64,000 nt of DNA from Christensenellaceae bacterium (GTDB lineage Bacteria > Bacillota > Clostridia > Christensenellales > CAG-138). Positions within the stretch are counted from its first letter, which is position 1. Every line of letters starts with the position of its first letter. Below are positions 53,072 to 61,285 of this stretch, one piece after another. Both the position numbers and the translations under genes were made by a program. The stretch covers positions 62 through 64,061 of the forward strand of contig JAISKB010000015.1 of assembly GCA_031261085.1 (NCBI GenBank). Reading direction: 5' to 3'. The notes below the pieces were generated by a model that worked only from the letters and a program-made list of their open reading frames with translations, was not told the origin of the DNA and did no database searches.

Positions 53072-54031
53072 TTATCTTGCGCACCCGCCCCCGCAGGGCT
53101 GCGATTCATCCTTCGCAAGCAGCGCCACGCCCACGGCGTTATCGCCGCTTAGCTCCGGCAGCGCGAAGTGCAGCTCGATTTCGTGCTGCGCCAGCCGTTC
53201 GCGCAGCAGCCTGCGCAGCAGCTCGCTCGAAGCGACGCCCCCCGCCAGCAGCACCTTGTTGTGCCCTGCCAGGGCAACGGCGTTTAGGAGCACCTTGGCA
53301 AATGTGCGCGCCATGCAATCATACGCGGCATACGCCAGCTCCGCATCCCCCATGCGTCCCTGCAGGGCTTGCGCCGCGGTTTCCACCCCCGAAAAGGAGC
53401 AGTTCAGCCCATTTACGCTGGCCGGCAATTTCACATTGCTTTGACCCGCCTCGCGCGCGAGCGCCTCCATATGCCGCCCGCACGGGAAGGGCAGCCCCAT
53501 ACGCACGCCCAGCCTATCCACAAACTGGCCCGCATGCAGGTCGGTAGTGCCGCCCAGCAGCAGGGTGGAAAGGCCGGCTTGCATCTCGAATACCTCGGTG
53601 GTGCCGCCCGAGAGATGCATCCCCAAAAAGGGCTGCCCGCCCGCGATTAACGCCTCGTTTTGTACCAGCGCGGCGCGTATGTGCCCCTGCTGGTGCGAGG
53701 TATAGGTTGGCGCAAGCCCCAGCGCGGCGCATAGCGTATCGGCGGCCATGCGGCCCGCCAAAAACACCGGCATGTACGATTTTTCATCGGGCCGGGGCCT
53801 AACGCTAACCGCTACGGCGCGAATTTGCTCTTTGCCCGCGCCGCGTATCAGCTCGGGCAGCAGGGCATCGAGGTTGCGCACATGCTGAAACAATCCATCG
53901 CTCTGCCGCAGGCCTCTTTCGCCCAATTTCACACAAAGCACCGTCCGTTTATCATAGACGATGCCCGTTTCATCTACACACGCCACCGAGGTGGTGTAAC
54001 AGCTTGTATCTATACCGAGGTAAACGCCCAT
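53072..54031 (-). CDS. Kae1/TsaD-like ASKHA-fold protein (paralogue of tRNA t6A transferase)
   Basis: GIDTSCYTTSV at the N-terminus, an H-x3-H motif (SHQQGH), and GGVASSELLR. ATG 54031 follows GGAGAG; the ORF-track start at 54133 overlaps nusB. Confidence 0.75.
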   Translation of the reverse strand: MGVYLGIDTSCYTTSVACVDETGIVYDKRTVLCVKLGERGLRQSDGLFQHVRNLDALLPELIRGAGKEQIRAVAVSVRPRPDEKSYMPVFLAGRMAADTLCAALGLAPTYTSHQQGHIRAALVQNEALIAGGQPFLGMHLSGGTTEVFEMQAGLSTLLLGGTTDLHAGQFVDRLGVRMGLPFPCGRHMEALAREAGQSNVKLPASVNGLNCSFSGVETAAQALQGRMGDAELAYAAYDCMARTFAKVLLNAVALAGHNKVLLAGGVASSELLRRLLRERLAQHEIELHFALPELSGDNAVGVALLAKDESQPCGGGCAR

Positions 54032-54047
54032 CGGCCTACTCTCCCCG

Positions 54048-54470
54048 TCATTCCTCCGGCCCGGCGCCTTCCACGCGCTTGGCCAGCGTCCCCAGCATGC
54101 CGTTGATATATGCCGAGGAGCGTTCCCCGCCAAAGTGCTTGGCGAGCTCCACCGCTTCGTTGATGGATACGCTGCAGGGGATATCCTCGCGGTACAGCAT
54201 CTCGAATATGGCGACCCGCAGGATAGAAAGATCTACCTTGGGCATGCGCCCGATGCGCCAGCCTATCGCCATCTCGTCGATAACGGCGTCGATCTCATCG
54301 CCGTGCGCCGCAATGCCGCGCAGCACTTCGGCCGAAAACGCGATATCCTCCGGCGAAGGCTGTTCTTCTATGCCGGATTTATCCAGCACGGCCTCGTAGG
54401 TATCCTCGCCGCCAAACAGGCTGGCAAAAGCCAACTTCATGGCGACCTCACGCGCGGTTTTTCTGCTCAT
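54048..54470 (-). CDS. nusB: Transcription antitermination factor NusB
   Basis: SRKTAREVAMKLAF... and INEAVELAKHFGGERSSAYINGML. Confidence 0.93.
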   Translation of the reverse strand: MSRKTAREVAMKLAFASLFGGEDTYEAVLDKSGIEEQPSPEDIAFSAEVLRGIAAHGDEIDAVIDEMAIGWRIGRMPKVDLSILRVAIFEMLYREDIPCSVSINEAVELAKHFGGERSSAYINGMLGTLAKRVEGAGPEE

Positions 54471-54495
54471 GCTTCGTTTGTACCCCCGGCGCGCC

Positions 54496-54723
54496 TTAGG
54501 ATTTTTTGCGGAACAGGCGATCTATAAATTCGCTCACCCGCTCCTTGCCGCCATTATCGAGCGCCAAGCCTATCACATACCCCGCGCCCCCCAGCACCAT
54601 CAGCAGCAGCGTACGCCAAAAGTTGATCGTAAACACCAGTATGCAAAACAGTATGCCGCCGGTTACACCGATAAGGCGCCACTTATATTGCTTGCAAAAT
54701 TCTAAAAATTTCTCCATGGGCAT
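54496..54723 (-). CDS. DUF2273 small integral membrane protein
   Basis: 75 aa with two TM helices, following amaP/asp23 as in other Firmicutes. Confidence 0.7.
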   Translation of the reverse strand: MPMEKFLEFCKQYKWRLIGVTGGILFCILVFTINFWRTLLLMVLGGAGYVIGLALDNGGKERVSEFIDRLFRKKS

Positions 54724-54734
54724 AGCTCCTTACT

Positions 54735-55307
54735 CTATTTGTGCGCGGGCGGTTGGCTCACGATCAATATGCTTATATCATGGACGAGGATGCCCGTCAA
54801 GCTCTCGATATATTCCTTGAGCGACTTTTGCAACTCGGCGGTGGTATCCGGCACGTTGGCGTCGTTGAGCAGCACCAGCTTAAGCCCGATATGGATGCCG
54901 CCCTCCTTGCCCGCAATCACGCTTTCGGTTTCGCGTATCTTATTGTTGGCGCGGCAATGGCGCTGCACCATGGCATCGATAGCCGCAAGGGATATCTCCG
55001 TCACGCCAAAGTCGGTGGTGGCGATGGTCGCCGCCGTAACCGGCGCGGTGCGGGGTTTTGCATCCCGTCTTTTGCCATAAAAGCCCACGAACAAGCGCAG
55101 CGCAATCAAAACGACGAGCAGGGCCGCCGCGCCGAGTATAATTTGGAAATTGAGCGCGCCCAGCTGCTGCTCCACCATTTCGAGCAGTACGGCGGCCGCC
55201 GGGAATAAGAACAGGCCGAGGGCGAAGCACGCGAGCACGCCCGCAAAAGCGAGGAGCAGCAGCAGCACCAACAGCAGCAGGAATTTATCGAACAATGTGG
55301 CTTTCAT
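54735..55307 (-). CDS. amaP: Alkaline shock response membrane anchor protein AmaP-like
   Basis: Two N-terminal TM helices plus an Asp23-like C-terminal fold, in an operon context with asp23. Confidence 0.65.
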   Translation of the reverse strand: MKATLFDKFLLLLVLLLLLAFAGVLACFALGLFLFPAAAVLLEMVEQQLGALNFQIILGAAALLVVLIALRLFVGFYGKRRDAKPRTAPVTAATIATTDFGVTEISLAAIDAMVQRHCRANNKIRETESVIAGKEGGIHIGLKLVLLNDANVPDTTAELQKSLKEYIESLTGILVHDISILIVSQPPAHK

Positions 55308-55526
55308 GATAAGTACCTCTCTCGTGTAATAAGGGTGGCGCGTCGCCTAAATACGGCAAATGGCGACCAAGCCTCACCCAGTCGCCCAGATAACCGCCGG
55401 CAGCGACGCGCAGCCGATGTATGGAATATATTGGTTCACCGCCGGGGCAAAAGCGCCCCCGCACACCCTCGCCCTCGTTGCCTGGGGGCGGGCAAGGCTG
55501 CGCAAAAGGGGCGCGCCGCGGCTGTA

Positions 55527-55943
55527 TTATTCCGCTTCTTCGGCCGGCGCTTCCGTTGACTTGGGCTCCGACTTTTCGAAGCTGATGGACTGCACCGTAA
55601 CGTTGACGGCCGCTACGCGGATGCCCGTCATGGTTTCGATGGTGGATTTGACCTGTTTTTGTATATTGATGCAAACCTCGTGGATTTTATAGCCATACTT
55701 TACAACCACACTGATATCGATCGTCGTATTTTCTTCGCCAACGTCGACCTTAATACCCTTAGTGAGGCTTTTTTTGCCGAGCATCCCGGTAATGCCTTCA
55801 ACCACAGAACCGCTCATGCTGTCCACACCGTCCACTTCGGTAGCGGCCAAGTTGGCAATGGTGGCAATTACATCAGGAACAAACACAATTTTGCCGCCCT
55901 CAATGGCGTTCACATCGGTGCTGATATTTTTTTCAGATGCCAT
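55527..55943 (-). CDS. Asp23/Gls24 family envelope stress protein
   Basis: GKIVFVPDVIATIANLAATEVDGV... and VVVKYGYKIHEVCINIQKQV. Confidence 0.9.
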   Translation of the reverse strand: MASEKNISTDVNAIEGGKIVFVPDVIATIANLAATEVDGVDSMSGSVVEGITGMLGKKSLTKGIKVDVGEENTTIDISVVVKYGYKIHEVCINIQKQVKSTIETMTGIRVAAVNVTVQSISFEKSEPKSTEAPAEEAE

Positions 55944-56057
55944 GGTAGTAACCTCCTCACGTTTATACTGCTTGTATTATAACAGAAAATTTTGCGTCTG
56001 CATAGCACCCGGACGCCGCCGCAATTGAATTTACAATAGTTTTCAATTCCGTCACGA

Positions 56058-56570
56058 TTAGCCGCCCGGCATGATTTTTATATGATCCGCGTTCTCGCCG
56101 GTTTCGCGCTGCACGATATCCAGTATCTGCGCCACCTTCTCGTCGTTTAGCTCCTCGCAATCCACAATCACGTTGACCGACCCCTTGTGGAAGGTGACGG
56201 CGGCATCCACAAAGCCCTTGGCTTTTATAAGGCTTTCGATGGTGAATTCCTTTTCCATATTATCCACCAGCGCCAGCTTTTGCGCCTGCGCCTCGGCCAG
56301 GGTTTCGGCATCGCTCGCTGAGGCCGCAATCACCTCGTCCAAGTACCCTATCTCGGTGCCCCGCACCGCATCCCGCTCGTTGCGGAAGTATTCGAAATAC
56401 CCCGTGCCGGGCTCCGTCTGCGCCGCCTGCTCCGCCGGGCCGGGCGCCGCATCCTCGCCCCCGTCCTTTATACCGGCCGTCTGCGCATCCTCCATGCGCA
56501 CGTTCAAATACACCGCGCCCGCCAACAGCAGCGCCGCCACGATGATAACGCCATACTTCTTAAAAAACAT
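56058..56570 (-). CDS. spoIIIAH: Stage III sporulation protein AH
   Basis: N-terminal TM helix, FRNERD... and the C-terminal ring-building-motif domain. Last gene of the spoIIIA operon. Confidence 0.85.
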   Translation of the reverse strand: MFFKKYGVIIVAALLLAGAVYLNVRMEDAQTAGIKDGGEDAAPGPAEQAAQTEPGTGYFEYFRNERDAVRGTEIGYLDEVIAASASDAETLAEAQAQKLALVDNMEKEFTIESLIKAKGFVDAAVTFHKGSVNVIVDCEELNDEKVAQILDIVQRETGENADHIKIMPGG

Positions 56571-56582
56571 CCCCTTTACCCC

Positions 56583-57167
56583 CTATTGATATTCCGCCAG
56601 GCTCATTTCAAACACCTCTATGCAATCCGCCTTAATGCCCAGCACCGTTTGCACGGCGGCCTGCAGCTTAAGCTTCACCGCTATGTTTGCCGCGCCCTCG
56701 GCCACCACGATGACCCCCCGCACCTCGGGCATGCGCTCCGTGAGCACCAGCGCCCCTTTATCCCCGCTTTGGGCCGTGGCCGGGCGGGAGGATTCCGTGC
56801 GGTTCTCGTTTACCGTGGAACCGCCCTGCGTTGTGGCTTCCGAGGTGGTCACCTGCGTATCCGTGCTCATGGCGGGCACAAGCTGCGCGCCAGTCGCATA
56901 GGTGATCATCACCCGTACCTCGCCCGCGCCGCGTATGCAGGAGAGCGTCTGCTCCAACCGCCGTTCAATATCGGCCTCGGAAGCGGCCTCTATGCCCGGC
57001 TCGGCCTTGGGCGCATCCGGAGCCGCGCCCTTTGCGCCGCAGGATGCCGTATAGAGCAGTATCCCCAATATTGCCAGCACCCCGTATACGCAAATTTCCA
57101 GCCGTTTATCCGCCTTCATCCGCTCGGCCAGCTTTTTGAGCGGCTGCATGATACCCTTTAAATCCAT
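56583..57167 (-). CDS. spoIIIAG: Stage III sporulation protein AG
   Basis: TM helix, then IERRLEQTLSCIRGAGEVRVMI...VRGVIVVAEGA. Confidence 0.88.
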   Translation of the reverse strand: MDLKGIMQPLKKLAERMKADKRLEICVYGVLAILGILLYTASCGAKGAAPDAPKAEPGIEAASEADIERRLEQTLSCIRGAGEVRVMITYATGAQLVPAMSTDTQVTTSEATTQGGSTVNENRTESSRPATAQSGDKGALVLTERMPEVRGVIVVAEGAANIAVKLKLQAAVQTVLGIKADCIEVFEMSLAEYQ

Positions 57168-57169
57168 CG

Positions 57170-57346
57170 CTATAGCACCCCTTCCACCGCGCCAAACACC
57201 GCTTCAGCCACCAACAGCAGCATGATTAAGTCGATGCCCCGCCGCGCGCTGCGCCTAAGCGCGCCGGCCGGCAGCAAAAAGCCCAATACGCAATCCAGCA
57301 CCGCAATCACGGCCAACCGCATCACCAGCTCATACAGCATCCGCAT
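57170..57346 (-). CDS. spoIIIAF: Stage III sporulation protein AF, minimal 58-aa form (TM hairpin only)
   Basis: MRMLYELVMRLAVIAVLDCVLGFLLPAGALRRSARRGIDLIMLLLVAEAVFGAVEGVL*. It fills the AE-AG gap exactly and resembles the SpoIIIAF N-terminal two-TM region. It is under 60 aa and therefore absent from the ORF track. Confidence 0.65.
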   Translation of the reverse strand: MRMLYELVMRLAVIAVLDCVLGFLLPAGALRRSARRGIDLIMLLLVAEAVFGAVEGVL

Positions 57347-57350
57347 CGGC

Positions 57351-58523
57351 CTACACCCCGCCCATGGCCATCACCAACCCTATCGTGAGCACAAACATCA
57401 GCGCCACCACCGCCACGCAGGCAAACATATAGCGGCAAATATCCGCCATATCCGTGAGCAGCTTGGGCATGCGCACATCCGAAACCTGCGCGCACACCGC
57501 CGCCGTGGCCTTAAACGCCAGCGACATGGCGGCCAGCCGCATCAGCGGTATGAGCACCATTCCCAGCGCCAACAGCACGCTGGCTATGCCCGCTGCATTT
57601 TTGATAAGCAGGGTACAGCCGCGCACGCTCTCCAGGCTCCCCGCTACCACGCCGCCCACCAGCGGCAGGGATTTATCCAGCGCGTATTTCATGGTTTTGA
57701 TGCTCACGCTGTCCACGCCCGCCGCGCTCATGCCCCTTAGCGTCATGCTCCCCAAAAATATGGTGGATATGCCCCCCGTCACCCATTTGACCCCGGACTT
57801 GATCAACCCCGTCACCTGCTCCATCTGCTTGCGCCCCGTAAGCCCGCCCACGATAGACAGCACGCCCGCGCTCATCACGGCGGGCAGCAGCGCCGTGCGA
57901 AACAGCCCCGCTATGGCGCCGCTTAAAAATACGAACAGCGGCTGCGCCATCCCGGCGGAGGTCGTGGCCCCCACGGCGGCCAGCAGCATGATGAGCACCG
58001 GCCCGGCCAGCTCCAGCGCGCCGCAGATATCCGCTATGGCCCCCGCCGAAAGCTGCAGCTGCTGCGCCATGATGCCGCTGAGCAGCAGGACGCAAACGCT
58101 GTAGCATAAAAACGACGCGATTTCCCGCACGCCCTCCTTGCCCTCGTCGAGTATCACATCCATCATGCCGGTCAGCAGCGCCACCGCCATGATGGCCGTG
58201 AGCGCGAGCATGCTCTCCTTAAACGCCGCAAGCGCCGCCGCGCCCAGCCCCGCCAGCAAGCCCTCCGCCAAGGATGCTTTGCCCATAGCATAAGCCCGCA
58301 CCATATCGGTCACGTTCTCGTAGCCCCATAGGTCGCGCACCTGCGCAGGCAGGTTTTGATAGCTTTGCTGCCACGCGCTCCAATCATACCCCGAAAGCGC
58401 CAGCGCCAGCTCCTCCTCCAGGGTGCGCTCGGGCTGCGGGAGGGGCAACTCCTCCACCCCCCACACCAGGGCGGGCAGCGCCAGCAGGCAGCAAAACGCC
58501 AGCAGGCAGCACAGCCGCCTCAT
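57351..58523 (-). CDS. spoIIIAE: Stage III sporulation protein AE
   Basis: Signal peptide MRRLCCLLAFCCLLALPALVWG followed by a polytopic membrane domain. ATG 58523 overlaps the spoIIIAD stop as ATGA; the ORF-track extension to 58808 is spurious. Confidence 0.9.
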   Translation of the reverse strand: MRRLCCLLAFCCLLALPALVWGVEELPLPQPERTLEEELALALSGYDWSAWQQSYQNLPAQVRDLWGYENVTDMVRAYAMGKASLAEGLLAGLGAAALAAFKESMLALTAIMAVALLTGMMDVILDEGKEGVREIASFLCYSVCVLLLSGIMAQQLQLSAGAIADICGALELAGPVLIMLLAAVGATTSAGMAQPLFVFLSGAIAGLFRTALLPAVMSAGVLSIVGGLTGRKQMEQVTGLIKSGVKWVTGGISTIFLGSMTLRGMSAAGVDSVSIKTMKYALDKSLPLVGGVVAGSLESVRGCTLLIKNAAGIASVLLALGMVLIPLMRLAAMSLAFKATAAVCAQVSDVRMPKLLTDMADICRYMFACVAVVALMFVLTIGLVMAMGGV

Positions 58524-58912
58524 ACCGTGGCCAGCAGGCCGGATAACAGCCCCAGCACCGCCAGCAGCGCGGGGAGCGCCGCCCCCAATATCAGCACGCG
58601 GCCCACCAGCTCCACCTTGGAGGCGACGGCGCTCTCCCCGGCATCCCGGCAGGTTTCGGAGGCGAACTGCGCCATATACGCAATGCCTATCACCTTGAAT
58701 ATCAGTTTGAGGTGCGCCGACTGGAAGCCGTAGCGCGCGCACACATCCTCTATCGCGCCCCGAATGGCCGCGATATCCTCTATGGCAAACAGCAGCAGCA
58801 CCGCGCACACCGCCATGCTCAGCTGCAGCGCCATATCCGGGCGATAGGTGCGCAGCACGATGCCCGCCGTAACCGAAAGCACCGCGATGCCCGCAAGCTT
58901 AAATACCGTCAT
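58520..58912 (-). CDS. spoIIIAD: Stage III sporulation protein AD
   Basis: 130-aa polytopic protein with KVIGIAYMAQFASETCRDAGE. Confidence 0.9.
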   Translation of the reverse strand: MTVFKLAGIAVLSVTAGIVLRTYRPDMALQLSMAVCAVLLLFAIEDIAAIRGAIEDVCARYGFQSAHLKLIFKVIGIAYMAQFASETCRDAGESAVASKVELVGRVLILGAALPALLAVLGLLSGLLATV

Positions 58913-58927
58913 AGCAAACCCCCAGCC

Positions 58928-59125
58928 TCAATACAGCTCAAAGATGCGCTTCACCTCGCCAAACAGCGAGCCTATTTCGCCCAGCACAAGGCTTAGGGTA
59001 ATCACCAGCCCGGCCAGCGCGGCCAGCATGGCTATGTCATCCCGCCCGGTTTGCTTGAGCAGCTGGCATATGACGGCCACCAGCATGCCGATCCCCGCTA
59101 TTTTGAGCACGATGTCTATACCCAT
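58928..59125 (-). CDS. spoIIIAC: Stage III sporulation protein AC
   Basis: MGIDIVLKIAGIGMLVAVICQLLKQTGRDDIAMLAALAGLVITLSLVLGEIGSLFGEVKRIFELY (65 aa). Confidence 0.9.
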   Translation of the reverse strand: MGIDIVLKIAGIGMLVAVICQLLKQTGRDDIAMLAALAGLVITLSLVLGEIGSLFGEVKRIFELY

Positions 59126-59145
59126 GTACTTTGTTCTCCTCACCT

Positions 59146-59640
59146 TTACCAAATCAGTATCGCCGCCGCCAAGCCCGAAAGCAGGCCCAGCGTGCCATAC
59201 AGCCCGCCCTTTTTCGCCTGCTCCAGCTGCAGGGTTTCCCGCAGGCGCTTTATGTTGCTTAGCGCATAGTCCACATTGTTTTTTTGCGCCGCCCTGCCGC
59301 CTTGCCCCAGCACCGCGCCAAAGCCGCAAAGCTGTTCCATATCGCTCGCGCGCAAGCCATAGGGCGCCTCGGCATACAGCGCCTGCCGCCAGGCCTCCCG
59401 CGCGCTGCCTTGCGCCACCCCGGCGCGAAACGCCTGCCAAAAGGCGGCCGGCAGCGCGCCGCGCAAGCGATCCGCCAGCTCGCCCACCGGCAGCGCCTGA
59501 TATTCCATCATCAGCCCCAGCTGCGCGATGTCGGTTTCAAACGCCTGCAGCGCGCTTATGCGCGCCCGCAGCGCATATACCCTGCAATAGCCGATAAAGG
59601 AGCATGCCGCCACCAGCACGGCCGCCATCGCCAGCTTCAC
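59146..59640 (-). CDS. spoIIIAB: Stage III sporulation protein AB
   Basis: 164 aa with TM helices at both ends and a GspF-like helical core, in operon position. Confidence 0.88.
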   Translation of the reverse strand: MKLAMAAVLVAACSFIGYCRVYALRARISALQAFETDIAQLGLMMEYQALPVGELADRLRGALPAAFWQAFRAGVAQGSAREAWRQALYAEAPYGLRASDMEQLCGFGAVLGQGGRAAQKNNVDYALSNIKRLRETLQLEQAKKGGLYGTLGLLSGLAAAILIW

Positions 59641-60527
59641 CCCAACCCCTCCTTCGCATACGCTACGCTGTGCCGCAGCACGTTATCCCGCCCCCGGCGC
59701 AGCGCCAGCACATAATCGAAGCAGCCCTGCTCCACCAATGCGTATATCTCGCGCCGCCGTTTTAAATCCTCCAAATTCTCCGCATGGGCGCTGGCCAGCA
59801 CCCTTACGCCGCAGCCCGAAGCATCCAGCACGGCATCGGTATCCTCGGCGCTAAACAGCTCATCCGTCACCAGCACCTGCGGCGACATCCCCCGCAGCAG
59901 CAGTCGCAGGGCCCGCGCCTTCTTACAGCCCTCCAGCACATCGGTCCTGGGCCCCACATCCAGCATGGGCACGCCATCGTTGCCGCCGGCCAGCTCGCCG
60001 CGTTCATCCGCAACGCAAACCGCATACCCCGCTTCGGAAAGCTGCCTTGCCGCGTCGCGCAGCGCCGTGGTTTTGCCCACGCCCGGGGCCGAAATAAGCA
60101 GGGCCGCCCGCGCAATGCCCCCCTTAAGCAGCAGGGGCATCATGGCGCCCGCGCAGCCCTTTACCTGCCGCGCCATGCGTATGTTAAACGCGCCGGGCGT
60201 TGCCAACCGCAGGCCATCTTCGCTCATGCGTCCCGCAAACCCCACGCGGCACCCGCCCGGCAGGGTCATGTAGCACGCGCGCAACTCATCCTCATAGGCA
60301 TAGGCCGATTGGCGGCACAGCCGCATGAGCAGATCGGCGCAATCGGCGCGGTTTGGCGCCCAGCTTACCAAGGTCTCTTGCCCGCCGCCGCATATCAGCC
60401 GCGTGGGCCGCCCCACCCTTATGCGCAGTTCCTCCAGCCCCTCCGGCGCCTGCTGCGGCAGGCAATCCCGCAATGCTATGGGCAGCAGCGGCAATATATC
60501 CTGCCGCCACGCTTTTGCTTCTTCCAT
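59637..60527 (-). CDS. spoIIIAA: Stage III sporulation protein AA (AAA+ secretion-type ATPase)
   Basis: Walker A SAPGVGKTT and Walker B VLVTDE. ATG 60527 follows GGGGAGGA. Confidence 0.9.
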   Translation of the reverse strand: MEEAKAWRQDILPLLPIALRDCLPQQAPEGLEELRIRVGRPTRLICGGGQETLVSWAPNRADCADLLMRLCRQSAYAYEDELRACYMTLPGGCRVGFAGRMSEDGLRLATPGAFNIRMARQVKGCAGAMMPLLLKGGIARAALLISAPGVGKTTALRDAARQLSEAGYAVCVADERGELAGGNDGVPMLDVGPRTDVLEGCKKARALRLLLRGMSPQVLVTDELFSAEDTDAVLDASGCGVRVLASAHAENLEDLKRRREIYALVEQGCFDYVLALRRGRDNVLRHSVAYAKEGLG

Positions 60528-60555
60528 CGCTGCATGTCCTCCCCGGTGTGGTATA

Positions 60556-60583
60556 TATGTATGAACCGGCGCAGGTGAATAGC
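60556..60583 (-). promoter_or_regulatory. Candidate sigma-E type promoter of the spoIIIA operon
   Basis: The minus strand reads GCTATTC, 13 nt, then CATACATA, about 30 nt upstream of the spoIIIAA ATG. The -10 resembles the CATACA-T consensus; the -35 match is weak. Confidence 0.3.
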
Positions 60584-60621
60584 ACACGAAAAATATGCCG
60601 CATATTTTTTTAAACCGCATA

Positions 60622-60651
60622 TTACATATTTTCGTAAAAATCTGCTATACT
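60622..60651 (+). promoter_or_regulatory. Candidate sigma-A promoter for the CarD-family gene
   Basis: TTACAT, an 18-nt spacer, then TGC-TATACT (extended -10). Confidence 0.4.
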
Positions 60652-60765
60652 AAATATATCTCAACGTGTAGTTTGCGCAGCAGAACGTAAGACCAGTTGC
60701 ATCAAACCGCGCGTTTTTTGTAACCGTTTTGCACACAATTTTTTAAATGGAGGGGAATTGGAGTC

Positions 60766-61275
60766 ATGATTTGTCAGGTGAACGATACGGTTTTATACAG
60801 CGCGGGGCTGTGCAAAATCGCGGAGATAACCAATAAAGAAATCGGCGGACAGCATGCGGATTATTACGTTTTGAAGCCGCTTTACGATGAAAAAACCAGC
60901 ATATATATACCCGTTGATAACGAGCGCGCCACCACCAAGCTGCGGCGCATACTATCCGCGGAGGAAATTCGCACGCTGATAAAAACCATGCCGGGCGAGG
61001 ACACGATTTGGATAGAAAACGACGCCGTCCGCCACGACCGCTACCGGGAAATCATCGCCCATGGCGACCGCGCCGAGCTGGTGCAGCTCATAAAAACGCT
61101 GTATCAACGCCAGCAAGAAAGGCAGGCGCAGGGTAAAAAGCTGCATGTCGTGGATGAACGCTTTATGAAAAGCGCGGAAAAGATATTATATGAAGAATTC
61201 GCGCATGTGCTAAAGCTGGAGCTGACGCAGGTGCTGCCCTTCATCGTGGAGCAAATCGAAGTGGAAGCAAAATGA
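60766..61275 (+). CDS. CarD/CdnL family transcriptional regulator
   Basis: The N-terminal Tudor-like domain reads VNDTVLYSAGLCKIAEI...YYVLKPLYDEKTSIYIPV. A C-terminal helical domain follows. Confidence 0.88.
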   Translation: MICQVNDTVLYSAGLCKIAEITNKEIGGQHADYYVLKPLYDEKTSIYIPVDNERATTKLRRILSAEEIRTLIKTMPGEDTIWIENDAVRHDRYREIIAHGDRAELVQLIKTLYQRQQERQAQGKKLHVVDERFMKSAEKILYEEFAHVLKLELTQVLPFIVEQIEVEAK

Positions 61276-61285
61276 GCGGCGGGCG

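Noticed and set aside
55385-55455. A 22-codon GTG-initiated ORF in the asp23-amaP gap.
   Set aside because: It has no SD, lies in a G+C-rich context, and its peptide has no features. There is not enough evidence to call a gene.
58524-58808. A 95-codon N-terminal extension of the spoIIIAE ORF in the track.
   Set aside because: It fully overlaps spoIIIAD in another frame and is Arg/Gly-rich. The internal ATG at 58523 gives a proper signal peptide and an ATGA overlap with the spoIIIAD stop.
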